64,000 nucleotides of DNA from Eledone cirrhosa (taxonomy: Eukaryota), in contig OZ024742.1 in NCBI GenBank assembly GCA_964016885.1, positions 200,322,001 through 200,386,000 of the forward strand, written 5' to 3'. Under the pieces are notes generated by a model. That model did no database searches. It saw only the letters and a program-made list of their open reading frames with translations, and had not been told where the DNA came from. The translations under genes and the position numbers were made by a program. Each line of letters opens with the position of its first letter. Position 1 is the first letter of the stretch. This document shows positions 1 to 14,700 of this stretch, in pieces.

Positions 1-122
1 TATGTTGATAAATAAAAAAGTTAGAGTTGTTTAATGAAACCAGACTAAATTTATGATTATGTTAGAAATTAATTGAAACACATAAGGGGTGTACTTTGGT
101 TAGAAATATGGTAACGAAAGGT
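1..122 (+). mobile_element. Right end of another copy of the same piggyBac-type element
   Basis: Near-identical to 12047-12171, ending TGGTAACGAAAGGG. Confidence 0.85.
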
Positions 123-222
123 TACAGCCGGTGAGAGAATTCTGGCTGGATACAGCTGGTTTAAATGCTAAAGGGTTAATACAAAAAGAGTTAAGCACCA
201 ACATTAACAAATAATACCATAC

Positions 223-363
223 CAATATGTGTTGTTTTTCCTCCTGGTGCTGCAGCCATGTCCAGAACAAACTCATTCTCTTGTGGACTTAATGCCATGA
301 CTGGTATAAGACTGGATCCTCCCTGGATTAAGTATTGGCCAGACAGGTACTCAGGTGTGGCTC
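223..363 (-). CDS. NOP2: NOP2 coding exon 11 ([15 protein letters not shown]...[17 protein letters not shown]-binding motif I)
   Basis: Inside ORF 191-373; CAG acceptor, GTATGG donor. Confidence 0.97.
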
Positions 364-3300
364 CTGAACACAAACAAAGAAAAACATATAAATCTCCTCT
401 TCTTTTTAATCATTAGGTATTTTTTTTTAAATCACAATTTTTTTTTTAGTCCTTTTATTTTCAACAAGAGGTTAGTCAGTAAAGGAAGGGCTAGTTTTCT
501 TTTAGTTCAATTATTTTCCACAAGATAACAGCCTCCTGAGGACGGGATAACTTTCTTTCAGCTCAATTCTGTCTCACGGAAGGCCAGCATGCTGGAGAAA
601 GGATAGCACCATCATTTTTTTCAGTGACAGGAAGCAGGATTTGAACTCAGAATGAAATGAGGCAGGACAAATGCTACAAAGCATTTGTCCAACACACTAC
701 TGATTTTCCTAAACCACCACCCACCTTAATAACAATAATAGTTTCAAATTTAGGTACAAGGTCAGAAATTTAAGTGAAGAGGAAATTTGATTAAATTTAC
801 CCCAGTGCTCATCTGGTAATATATTCCATCAATGATGGAAGAATGAAAGGCTAAGTTGGACTTGGCAGGATTTGAACACAAAATATAGAGGTCGATAACT
901 AAACACTGCAAGATATTTTATCCACAGTAATAGTTATTTCTAACATAGGCACAAAGCCAGCAATTTGAGAGAAGGGGAAAATCGATATCGACCTCAGTAC
1001 TTAACTGGTATTATTTTATTGACTAGGGTGGTGGATTGGCAGTATCGGTAGAGGGTCTGACGCCATGCTTTGCAGCATAGTTACGTCCCTTTACGATCTG
1101 AGTTCAAATCCCGCCAAGGTTGACTTTGCCTTTCATCCTTACGGGGTCGATAAAATAAAGTACCAGTAATGCACTGGGTAATTGCTGGCCTTGTGCCTAA
1201 AGTAGAAACAATTATTTTATTGACTACAAAAGGGTGATGGCAAAATTGACCGTGTCAGATTTTGAACTCAGAATGTAGAAAAAGTCAAAATGAAATACAG
1301 GAAAGCATTTTGTCTTACAATCAATCTATACTGCCAATCCACCACATTTTCACAATAACAATGGTTTCTGATTTAGGCAACAAGGCCAACAATTTTGGGG
1401 GAACGGAAAGTTGATTAAATCAACCCCTGTAAGGATGAAAGGCAAAGCTAACCTTGGTGGGATTTGAACTCAGAACATAAAGAGCAGTAAATCTGCCACG
1501 AAGCATCATGTCCAACGCTCTACCCATACTTCTAATTCACTGCCCTTTTCACAATAATAATAATGATTTCTGATTTAGAGACAAGGAAGTCGATTATATT
1601 AATCCCACTACATTACTGGTACTTTATGTTATCAAACAAAGTTAACCTCGGCGGGAAGGCCAGCAATTAAACCAGTGCATTACTGGTACTTTATTTTTAT
1701 GACCCCGTAAGGATGAAAGGCAAACTTAACCTCGGCGGGATTTGAACTCAGAACGCAAAGGGCCATAACTCCACGCTGCAAAGCATGGTGTCTGAATGCT
1801 CTACTGATACAGCCAATTCAAAGTTTCCAATTTCAGCAAAAGGCCAGCAATTATTTTGATAGAGTGGGAGCCAAGGAGGAAGTATTTGTATTTTATCAAC
1901 CCCAGAAAGATGAAAGGCAAAGCTGACCTTGGCAGGATCTAATCACAAAGTAAACAAACACTGCCATGCATTTGTCCAACACTCTAGTGACTTTGACAAT
2001 TTACTGCCCATAATAGTTGATTCTACTTTTGGCACAAGGCCAGCAATTATCCCAGTACGTTATTGGTACTTTATTTTATCGACACCATAAGGACGAAAGG
2101 CAGAGTTAACTTCAGGTCGTAAAGGGACGTAACTCTATGCTGTAAAGCACGGCGCCCGATCTTCTACTGATACTGCCACTAATGGTTTTTAATTATGTGA
2201 GCAAGTTGACTCTTGTACTACATGCCTGGACATCAAAAGGACGAAAGGTAAAGTTGGGATTTGAACTCAGAACATATAAAGAGCTGGAACAAATACTGCA
2301 GAGTATTTTATACAATGTTCTAATAATTCTGCCAAGTCATTAGCCTGATACTACTATTACTACTACTACTACTAATAATAATAATTGTTTCTACTTTTGG
2401 CACAAGGCCAGCAATTATCCCAGTGCATTACTGGTACTTTATTTTATTGACACCGTAAGGATGAAAGGCAAAGTTAACCTCAGCGTGATTTAAACTCAGA
2501 CCACAAAGGGGTATAACTCTATGCTGCAAAGCATGGCGTCTGATGCTCTACCGATACTGCCAATCCACCACCAATAATAATAGTAGTTATTTCATACCAA
2601 AATGAAACAAAAGACAAAAATATTGTTTTAATACTTACCAATAGGAACTTGGGAATCATAAACCACTAAACCAACTTTGGTCCACTTTCCTAAGGGATCC
2701 AGATTAACTCCTCGATTGATTAATGCCTAAACAGAGGGAAAAACAAGAATCGGTTAAGTCTCCACAAACAAAACCTTTTCTAAATATTCTTCCATAAAGC
2801 AAGAGATAAGACATGGTTCTTGGACATTTAGCAGCATGGTGTATAAATGTTATTGAGACACGAGTAACATAATAATGATGTCAACAGCAGAAATTAGAGA
2901 TGAAATGTATGTTTATTTTTGTTGTAGCACAAATAATGTTTGTTAACTTGTATGGTTGAAGTTACACATAAAATGAGGTTACAAAAGGGAATGTGCCATT
3001 GTGCCGGAAAGCCGGCAGGCCAAAGTGCAAAATCTCACCGTCACATGTTGTACGTGTTGCTGGTTCGAAGTTCCGGGTGCGAGAGAGAGAGATTCTTCAA
3101 ATCTTCGCGGGGATTTTCTCCCTCAGGGCGCGTAGGGATACATCCTCTTCTACTGGCGCTGATTGGCTGAGCTGAGCCAAATCACGCACAGAGAATGTAT
3201 GTGAACCCGCGGAATGTAGGTCACTACAGACACATCAATGAGGGCAATAACTCTGATTGATAATTAACTTGGACTGTGAGAACCAACCCAATCTATGCAA

Positions 3301-5712
3301 GCAATAGAGAGGGTGGAGGTGGGGTTCCACCTCACATGTATGTAGGTTTAGCTGGCCCTTTAAGAGATTGTTGGGTGTTTCACTAAGGATTTAGAAAAAA
3401 TATTTTGAAATTCACTAAAAGTTTATGCAGATCTCAGGTATCAGGCAGATTCGGTGTAGAAAAGGTTGAGTTGTAATGATTTAAAAGAAAGTATCTAAAA
3501 ATAAGTTTGTTAATTAGTGCTGGTGACATAAAAAATGCACCCAGTTCAACCTGTAAAGTGGTTGGTGTTAGGAAAGGTATCCAATCATAGAAAAGCTGCA
3601 AAACAAAGGTTTGAGAGGACTCTTCAGCTGTGTCAAAGGCACAACACCACCACTAGTGATTCTGCCACAATAAGAAGCATTCAGCAAAGGATGGGAACAT
3701 ATATAAACAAGATGTAGGCACCTGGCCTGTCTGGGAATGTCTGTAAGCGAGATGCTAGTCCTTGGTTCGTCTGATAGGTCTGTAGCTCCGCTTGAGTACT
3801 AACTTGTTAGCAGGGAAAACAGACATTAAATGATATCTTCATTAAAGGACGGTTCATTGTGAAAATATAATGTAAACCAAAGACTTGAATTTTCAATGTG
3901 ATGAAAGTCTTAGTAATGTAGTTTCATGTGGTACAGTACAATAACCCAGGTTCTGGGTTATTGTTGATTGGCATATTCATCACTCTACAATGGTACCAAC
4001 TCAATGGTACAATACAATACCTATTTTATAAAGAATTCTCAATAAATCTGGCATAGAAGATAAGACTAATGCTCACCTGAGCCAAATTTCTTCTGCGTGT
4101 TTTCAAAGTATTGACACGTATCGTAACTGGACGTTCCACCTCACTGGCTTCCAAAAATTCAATGATCTATGGAGAAAGATTACAACATTAGGGCTTTACA
4201 TTATATACATACAAACACACACACACATATATATATAGATATATCAGGATTGAAACCATTATTCAACAGAGTACTCAATACTTGGCATAGTAGAATGTGA
4301 CTACATTAGAAAAAGTTGGGGCCTGACGGCTGAACTCTTGCCATTTCAACAGCTAGTTCCTGACTCTGGAACTAGCTGTTGAAAAGGCAGGAGCTCAGCT
4401 TTTGGGCACATACTCTTTCTTATATATATATATATATATATAAACGCACATGAATATTTATATATATATACACAATTGGAAATAAAATGATAGATGAAAC
4501 AAGTATATAATACAGGACCCTATGAATAATCATATAAAGGAGATATTTCTTCTGCTTATGTATGTATGAAAAAAGAAATGCAGCTCATATATTTCTCGGG
4601 TGCTTTTATGGTAGGGACACTAGTCAACAAAAAATGAGAAATAAAGTGTCTTGTTCAAGAACACTGTGTGAACTGATCCAGGAATCAAACTCATAACCAT
4701 GACTGTGGGTCTAGCACCCCAACTACTAGGTCACACACACACACACACAAACAACAATTGTTTTAAGGCCACCTTCCTTGTTAAAGCAGGGTTTAACTTT
4801 GTGAACCCTATGATAGTTTTCAGTCTCATCATGGGGTCCTTTCTGATACAATGTTTTACAACAGAATACTCTTCCTGTACCAACCCTTTCAGGTGCCTCT
4901 TATGTCATGCAGGGATATAGTGTACCTATTCTTAAGTTAAAATGGTAGAGCCCATGTCACAATAAAATGCTCCCAGATCTAGAAACCATGTTTCTAGTAA
5001 TGTATTTGGAACTACGAAGGGTCCAGCTATAGAAACCTAACCAAAATAAAGTGTACTAGCTGGACCTAGTCACCTAACCAGTCTGGCCTCAGCCCATGCA
5101 TTGAATGAAAGACTCACCTAGTCACTTTCATCATTCAACACACGACCTAACCATTTCATTCCATTTCTCTTCACAACATCCATCACTCTCAGCCAGTTAT
5201 TTATTTGTCTTCCTTTCTCTCTGTGATACTATACTCATTCACTGAACCATTTTCATCCCTATTCTTGGATTTTCCATTTATTCTTGAGCATGAAACCGCG
5301 GTAAAGGTACATATAGTAAGAACAGTGAATTTTTTTTAAACTTTTCCTCTATTTGCTAGACCTTGATTTTATATGTTCTGGCTTGTTAATTTATTAACCC
5401 GCCATAGAACCACATTGGCATACGGTTGGATAATACCTGTTTCCCTATATGTATTTTTTACACATAGGAATTCATACTTTATTATATATATATATGTATG
5501 TATATATGAGTCCCAGGTCCATTGGGGGTAACCCCAGTAAGTAAGGTACAAAATACATTAGTAGAGTGTAAACATCATGTTTAATATAGAAATGGCTTCT
5601 GCAGATCTAGGCCTAGAACTGTTTCATTCAAAAGAAATAATCAGGAAGGGCTTTCCTGATGATTTCTTTTGAATGAAACAGTTCTAGTCCTGTAGAATCC
5701 ATCTATATTTAT

Positions 5713-5743
<31 letters not shown>

Positions 5744-8700
5744 AAGAGAGAGAGGGGGAGTTACCTGATGTGGGAAAATCTCCATTAACTTCATCATTAG
5801 GTATTCGTTATAATTATAATATTTACATAAATCTTTCCTCAATCTGGCTATATATTCATATCTACTCCTGAAGATGATAAGATGGTGGAGAGCATGTAAA
5901 CAGATTAGTAACTGGTATATGGTGAGACAGTGGTGGTGTTCAGTAAGGGCAGAAAGTTGTGGTGGTGGTGGTAGTGGTAAACAACCAAAGAGAGAATGTG
6001 GGTGATGTAAAGAAGATATAGTGGCAGTGAGTGATAACAGAGAGAGAGAAAGAGAGAGCTTGTGATGAGAGGGTTCTATGGTGGTTGTGACTGATGACAG
6101 AAAAGTGTTGGTGAAGGATGGAAGAGAGAGAGAGAGATGAAAGAGGAACTAGGTGGTAGTGAGTGATGACAGAGAGGTACTGCTCAGGAATGGCAGAGAG
6201 AGAAAGAGCTTGTGATGACAGAAGAATATTGGTGAGAGACGGGAGAGAGAGAGATGGTAGGGGTACATGGTGGTAGTAAGTGACGAGGTAGGGCAGTGGT
6301 GAGTCATGGCCACTGTTCATTACTATAGAAATTGTTTTTTCTAACACCTGTCAGTTTTCCTATTGCTGACCTCTAAACTAGTATTAAGGTAGAACCTGTT
6401 GTCAGTCCGGCAGACCTATGTATCTTGCTGAAGGTAAGACAGTAATTAGTTAAGTTATTAACTTGTATGGTAGGGTCATTAGAGCGTTGGATTAATAATA
6501 TCTCAGTACTTGTTTCAGCTAGCTGTGTTTTGAGTTCAAATCCCACTAAGGTTAACATTGCCTGTCAAAGTTGATAAATAAAGTATCAGTCCATTATTAG
6601 GGTTCATCCTTCTATCCCCCTTTATCACTTCTCTGGAAGAAATCAGCTGTTTCGAGATGGAGAGGAATAGGACTAGCCATGTTTAAAAATGTCCAAAATG
6701 TGTGTCAAGCCGGTGCCCCCATGATTCCATCGGGTGTTAAGGAACAATTACCTTAGCTTACCAACTTGTATGTAAACAATGCAGAGTACTATGTACTTAA
6801 CATTGGCACTATCACTTTACAGAGTGTACAGGGTGCATTTTATTGTGGGACCATCACTAGAGAGGTTACCAGATCCTTAACAACAAGACTAAAACACTCT
6901 CTTTATTCTACTGTATAGTATTTATTCCTAGCAGCCAGATCTAGTATCTACTCTCAAATACAGAGCAGCCTATTGTTGCTATGATTTGTTAGAATTAGCT
7001 GCCAAATTTTGATCAAATCACACCCTACCATTTTGAAAACAGGAGGACATGTTGGAGATGGGATAGTCATGGCTGGAATGCCTTTCATCTAAAGTCCTGC
7101 AACATTAGGGATGATGGAAGGTAGAAAACTGGTTGAATTCCACCTAGGTCAAGTTTGCCTTTCATCTTTTTGATGGTTAATAAACTAAACTAGCAGTCCA
7201 GGAGCAGTAGATTGAGAGAACTGTTAGAACACCAGATGAGTTGCATGCAGTATTGGTTCCAACTGTTTGTGTTTTGAGTTTAAAACCTGATGTGGCCTAC
7301 TTTTGTGGTAGACATAACCCTTTAGCATTTACATTCCTCTATATTTACCACTATATTTTATTGGTAAAGGCTTTACCTCACATAATATCGAATCTATGAG
7401 ATTTTGATATTATTTATTTTGAGAACAATACTTTAATGTAAGCATCAGCAGCCGGTGAGAGAATTCTGGCTGATACAGCTAGTTTAAATGCCATGGGGTT
7501 AATCAGTTACTTGGTATAACACCAAGATCAGGCTTTTGGCTACTTTTAGTGCAGTATTCTATTGCAAATAAGCAAAAAAAAAAAAAAAAAAAAAAGAGAG
7601 AAACTGGTGGTAAACAACAACAATAAAATGAGATGAAGTAAAAATAAATAAGAAATACAAAAAAAAAAGCAAATAATTCTCTACTTACTTCTCATCCTGT
7701 CGTCTCTCTTTGAAATTTGACAAAACATGAAGAATTTCTCGGATTCTATGTTGAATAATTATCAGGTCTGGTGGTAGTTTTTGTGTGTAAAGTTATAGAA
7801 AATAACCAACAAATAACACATGGCATCAATAAGTGCCTGACTATAAAAAAACAATGGAATAAAAACTGGGGTGGATATAATTAACTAAAATTCCTTCAAG
7901 ACATTGCTCCAACATCACCTTAGTCTAATGACTAAATGAACTCTTGGGTCTCGAATAATTGTTCCCACTGCTTATTAATTTTTCAAGAACCCCCCTCCCC
8001 TCACACTTTATTAAATATTGCTAATCTATCTCTGGCGAAATTTTATTTTAAGTGGTAACATTCCTGCAACAATTTTCTTTATACATTAAAAAACATTATA
8101 CACGACAAAAAAAGTACATTACTAAAAATCTCATATGGGGGTGTCAATATGAAAACTAAACAACAAATTCTGGTTTTTAAAAAAAATTACTGATTTTTCA
8201 GCTCCCGCCACCTATTATTTGGAAATATGAGAGTAGTTAAATGTAAAGAAGAAAGTCTCAAAGAGGAAACTTTTTAACACCTTACTCCTAAAAATATTAT
8301 TTAACTCTTAACATCCTGTAATGGTTTAACATAAAATGTTTACAAATGGGTTTGTTAAGTCAAATGTTTACGGTAGTTTTACTAGTAAAGGTACAAAACA
8401 GCACTATAACTGAAGCACAAAGTTTTTATTTGAGTTTACTGCAAATTTTCACAAGGATTTGTGATGGAGCTATACTGCTGTTTTATGCCTTTCGTCAAAC
8501 ATCTTCCTAATGTAGCTTCATGTGGTAGAGGACATCAAGTGTTCATGTAATACATGAGAAATGATACTACTAATAATGATTTCTAGTATAGACACAAAGC
8601 CAGTAATTTGGGGGAGGAAAGTCGATTAAATCGACTAAAGTGCGTGACTGGTAATTTATTTTATCGACACCGTAAGGATGAAAGGCAAACTTAACCTCGG

Positions 8701-11700
8701 CAGGATTTGAACTCAGATCATAAAGGGCAGTAACTCTATGCTGCAAAGCATGGCGTCTGACCATCTACTGCCAATCCACCACCCTCCAATGATACTATTA
8801 ATAATAAAAAGGATATCTTCAGCTTCTATTTCTTGACCACTGGGCAGAAGAAACTTCTCAGTTTTACTGATGTTGGTCATCAATTCTTCTTCACCAAGTT
8901 TACTGTAAAGAAAACATTTTTAATGTAGAATACTGTTGTAATTAGAATTATTAATGTATGTACTGGGTCCTTAACTCCAAATGAAGTCTACCTTAACCTA
9001 AGAGTCCTGTAAACAATCTAAGTCAATATATACAGTACATAGCATGAAATACAGGATTACAAGTTGCTGCATGCAGTGCAGCTTGTCGTTAGTGTGCCAC
9101 ACTAGACATTTGACTGTGAGTCCATCATAGCATTTCAGTGGGCCATAGAAATGTCTGGCTGCCCATCGCCCCTCCAAGCGTCTTGTCTCTCACTAAGTTT
9201 AACCTGACAGCAGAAGCAGTAGACAAATAAGGTTTCTTTAAATTGTTTCACTCTACTTTCAAAGAGGCAGTGCATAATGGTATATGTTTTTGAAACAATG
9301 ATTTTAAAAAATCCTGGATGACATCATGTCTGGTGTTGATATAAGGTTTCTTTAAATCACTTCACTCTATTTTTAAAAGATCATTGGATAATAGTGTGTT
9401 CAGTACTAAATTAACATTTCTTGGAATCGTTTTACTCTACTTTCAAACAAAGAGACAGTGAGACATCTGGATTTAAAATAACACATACACACATTTATAT
9501 CATCATCATCTTACGTCCGCTTTTCCCTGCTTGCAAGGGTGGGACGGGTCCTATTCAGCACAGCATCTCTCCATTCGTCATCTCCTCCGTGAGCTCCAGT
9601 GATCTGAGGTCTGCTCTCACCACCTTCGCCCATGATTTTCGTGGTCTTCCTTCTACTGGGTTTCTTGGCACTTCTTTACCCAGCGGTCATCCTCCATGTG
9701 CATCACATGTCCATACCAACGCGGTCATCCTCCATGTGCCCCACATGTCCATACCAACGCAGTCGTCTCTTCCGCAAACTACAGCTTATCCCTCTTATAC
9801 ACAGTTTCTCTCTCAACTCGCATATGCAGGTGTATTTGTAACAGCTAGCCCCGCCCCCCCCATATGCAACAAGACAATATAATTGTTTATACTTTTTGGC
9901 ACAAGGCCAGCAATTATCCAGTGCATTACTGGTACTTTATTTTATCGACCCCCGTAAGGATGAAAGGCAAAGTTAACCTCGGCAGGATTTGAACTCAGAA
10001 AGGCAAGGGTCGTAACTCTATGCGTCAAAGCATGGCATCCGGCCTTCTACCGATACTGCCAATCCACCGCCAATATAATACAATCAACAAGACAATATAA
10101 TACGAAATAAACTCACGCATCTCTTTCCTCTTTCTTCCGTAGCTTAGCAGCTTTCTTCTCTATGGGAAGCAACTGTATGAAATAACAAAAGAGAAGATAG
10201 CAAAACATGAAGTTAATATAAGATTTGTTAAATACCTGGTCAAAAGACAGAATTGTTATACACCTATATACAACTTTTAGCTATTTCAACCCTCTTTGTG
10301 ATCATATTTCCAATGAAATACACTCTATTTCAAGTGAGAGATGGGGAGGGCAAGAGAGATGGAGGCAGTAACAATGGGAATTTGATTCTATTATGTTCAG
10401 TCCTTGTTAGGAACCTTTCTTTCTTCTTGTTTACAACCTTTATAAGCTTGTATGATTAATGAAGAATTTTGAGGGATTTACTAAAATTATTGATTATTTC
10501 ATAACTAAGATACTAACTTAATTTAAATAGTAGCCCTTTAAAATAGGTGGATTTTGTTTCAAAGAACCAGAATCAGTCCTGGCCAGGTAGCAGTACCATG
10601 GTATAGCAGTACTTTCTTTTTTATTGGTTTAGCTAAAAATGGAAGGGCAGTGTTCATGAATATTTTCAGGTCTTCCATAACAGGTGTGAAGGAGATGTCC
10701 TCAATCTGGTCTCACCCAAAAACTTGCCACAGAATGAACTCTATTAACACTTTCATTACCATATTTTTAATGAAATGTACCTTTAATCAATGAGCTTTAC
10801 AAAAATTATAAATTATTTCATTATTAAGAAATTTGTAACAAAAGTTTCTTATATCAAATTATGTTTGAAAATTTTAATTTCATAAGACCCCTTTAAAATC
10901 AGCAGCTTTGTTTCATAAAACCAGTGGTGGTTTTGGTTGGCTGGTATCAAAGGGATTAACCCTTTTGTTACCAAACCGGCCAAAGCCGCCCGAAAAAAAT
11001 TTTGGTTCATATGAAAACACGTGATTATACAGCGTAAACAATTGAGCTACAGATTGACATGTTATTTTAATTCTGTGAATTTTGGGAGATTTTTTTCCAA
11101 ATTTGTTCCTATTGTGTTTTGAAAATTTGTAATTCTGACAAAAAATGGGTAGCAATTTCATTCAGTCAAGCAGCGAGTCAGAATTCGAAGGATTTTCCAC
11201 TGAAGACCTTGAAAAATCTAACTCTATAACTGAAAAAAAAAAAAAGCACGTGGTATTTGATAATGAATCCGATGTTTCATTTTACAAAAGTGAAAACAGT
11301 GAATCCGAGAGCTCCGATGACAGCGATAAAGAAAATGAATTGGCACCTGAAAATTTAAAAACTGTTTCTTTCAGTGATTTTTTGTGTCGTGAATGCATTT
11401 CATCAAAAAAGGAAAGCTCCTAGTGGAAGGTCTGTTGAAACAACTTTCCAATGTGCATTCTGCAAGGTTGCATTATGTAGAACAGTGTGCTTTACACGTT
11501 TTCATGATAGGAATATTGTTTGATTTGTATATATGTGTGATTTTATTTTATTAATATTTTCAAATTTACTTTGTTTTATTTTTCTTTGTGTAATTTTAAT
11601 TTACCTGTAAGGTGAGTGACGAGTTTTGATTAATTTCTTTTGTAAATCATTATTGTATATTTCTGCGTATCTATGTATGTGGGAGAGCTTATTTAATCTA

Positions 11701-14700
11701 GTTGATGGTGTGTGTGTATTTTGTTTTCTAGTTTTCTTCACAGACAAATTCCAGTCTTTCGTTTTATTTATACCTTTATGGTACACCTGTCTTTTGTGTG
11801 TTTAAATTCACCTGATAAATCCAGTAATGTCCACAACTCTTCTATAGTAAAATTTTGTTGTATACCCAATTGAATATTAGCTAATAACCCATTTTCTATA
11901 GCAATGTTTGAACAAAATTTTAATAATTTCATATTTTGTTGAATTTACCTGTATTTACCTGTAATTAGAGTCACTTTGAGACAAAAATTATGGAATAGAA
12001 TTGGTTGAGAACCTTTCGTTAAATTTTCTTCCAAAAATCACATTAATATGTTGATAAATAAAACAGTTAGAGTTGTTTAATGAAACCAGACTAAATTTAT
12101 GATTATTATGTTAGAAATTAATTGAAACACATAAGGGGTGTACTTTGGTTAGAAATATGGTAACGAAAGGGTTAAACATGAAAATTAAGAATATTTACTT
12201 TTTATCTCTTATATATTTTTATTCATTTTATATTTAGTATTGTTGTTTAGCCTCAGTTAGAAAAGGAAGGGCAGTGCTCATTCAGGGCTCTCAAATTACA
12301 TGGTAGGGAGAAAGGTACCTTCACACAGAAGATCTGCCACTCAATACTTGCAATAGAGAGGTTTCCACTAAAAGCACCCAAAGGCCAGGTGACGGTGTTA
12401 AACTGGGTGACTGATTGATTAAGTTTACCACCCAAGTAAGCCACAATGGGATTTGAACCTAGAACCCAAAGAACCAGAACAAATACCACAATACATTGTA
12501 CTTGATGATTCAACAACCCTGTCAATCAACTGCACTGGATCAGTACTTTGACTTCAAATGTATGAAAGGCAGAGTTAATGTTGCTATGATTTGCAGAATC
12601 TCAGAACAAATGCCACAAAGCATTTTGTCAATATAAATATAAACAGAAGGCTGGACTTTCACCAGCTGAGGCCCTAGGCTATACAAAATATGAGATCTTT
12701 CTTTAAAAAATATGTAAATTTATACATGATTTCTAACTTTTATATTAATTTTAGATCCTTGCTGTTAATAATGAGAATAGTGTTTAATTTCTGGCGTACA
12801 GGATTGGTATGCCATATACACCAAGATTACAGGACATAACCATCATACAAACAGGGAAATTTGTTTTGATAAATGTCACTGAGTAACTTTGGAGAAATAA
12901 GTATTTTCAAGGAGAAATGTAGGATTAGAACTCGGGACCTTGTGACTGAAAAAAGAACTTCTTATTGTAGCAACATGACTGATAGGAAATGCATTGTGTG
13001 TATGCGTATGTTTGTGTGGGTGAATTAGAGATATATCATAAATACACAGGGCATATTATGTTTGATTCATCGCCATATCATTTAATGTCCATTTTTCCAT
13101 GCTTGCATGGGTTAGATGAGTTGTCTAAATGTGAGCTAAGCCAGAGCAGATGACCGCCTCCAGCTCACACTGGACTGATTTGGGCTTGGTTTCTATGGCT
13201 GGATGCCCTACTTAACGCCAACCACATTTACAGTGTGGACTGGGTGCTTTCTGTCGTGACACCTACACAACCACATTTATAGTGTGGACTGGGTGCTTTT
13301 TGTTGTGATACCTACACAACCACTTTATTGACTTCAAATGTATGAAAGGTGTGGGCTGGGTGTTTTTTGTTGTGACATTATATTAAAAAAAGCAAACAAT
13401 CAAAAAGCCTAATGACACTATGGACAAATACTTTCCATTATAGTCATGGCTTGACAAATTTCTTGTGGGTGGAATTTGGTAGACAGAAACTGCAGAAGCC
13501 TGTCTTGTGTGTGTGTGTGTGTGTGTTAATTTGAGTGCCTCTGTTCACATCCTGTAACTTAGTGGTTCGACAAAAAAAGAAATCAATAAAATAAATACTG
13601 GGATTGATATGATTGATTAAAATCCTGGTGGCCGAGCATGGCCACAGTCTAATGACTGAAACTGGTAAAAGAGTAAAACCATAAATTTAAACTTACATCA
13701 TCATCACCAGCCTCATCATCATCATCATCATCATCATCGTCGTCGTCATCATCATCACTATCACTACTGCCATCATCTTTCTCCTTCTCATCGTCGTCAT
13801 CCTCCTCATCTTCCTCTTCTCCGTCATCATCATCATCATCATCACCTTCTACTTTATCCTCTCCATCTTCTTCCTCTTCACTGCTGCTACCTGAAACCTC
13901 ATCATCAAGGGGCTCACTGTCATCACTCTCAGCATCTTCAAACAGAGGTTTACGTTTGGTTTCAGGGCTAAGAGTCTCTCCAGCTTCATTCTCTGAGGAT
14001 GCCTCCTCCTGTATGATAAATTATACTATACTATATATATATACATAAATGAAGTAATTCCGTCGGAAAGGTCCAGGAAAAAAGAGTGCTCTATGTAGGT
14101 TACAGAGCTTATTAGTTATGTAATAAACAACATAAGATAATTATTTCATTTACCAGTGGTTTCTTGAAAGCAAACAAATTTGCTTTCAGTCATCAGAATG
14201 AAAATATCCTGGTGTATTTATTGACAGTGGAATTGAAAAACGGTTTTTCAATTCCACTGTCAATAAATACACCAGGATTTTTTCATTCTGATGACTGAAA
14301 GCAAATTTGTTTGCTTTCAAGAAACCACTGGTAAATGAAATAATTATCTTATGTTGTTTATTACATAACTATATATATACATACACAGAATACCATATTT
14401 CCCAGACTGGAAGATGCTCAGGACATCACCAAATTTTTGGGGGATAAAAAAAAACCGCTGGCTTATTTTGGGAAAAGAATAGCATCTTCCACATGGGAAA
14501 TATGGTATAGCATCATCCTCATCACTGATTTATGCCAATTTTCCATGCTTATATGGGTTAGATGGGTTGTCACATTCTGTGACCAGACAGGTCAGATGAC
14601 TATGTTTTGCTCATATGTTCCATTTTGGCATGGTTCCTACAAATAGCTGTCCTTCCTAATGCCAACCACTCTACAGTGTGCGTTGGGTGCATTTTAATGG

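Larger units (their letters stand above)
14113..14371. repeat. Near-perfect palindrome: 128-nt arms, 3-nt spacer, contains a hammerhead motif in each arm
   Basis: Arms 14113-14240 and 14244-14371 are reverse complements with one mismatch seen. Confidence 0.95.

Noticed and set aside
1025-1215. tRNA gene (A and B boxes)
   Set aside because: SINE head with no full cloverleaf; followed by SINE body and tail; many copies
5940-6347. 135-aa S/L/H-rich ORF
   Set aside because: Degenerate purine-rich intronic tandem repeat
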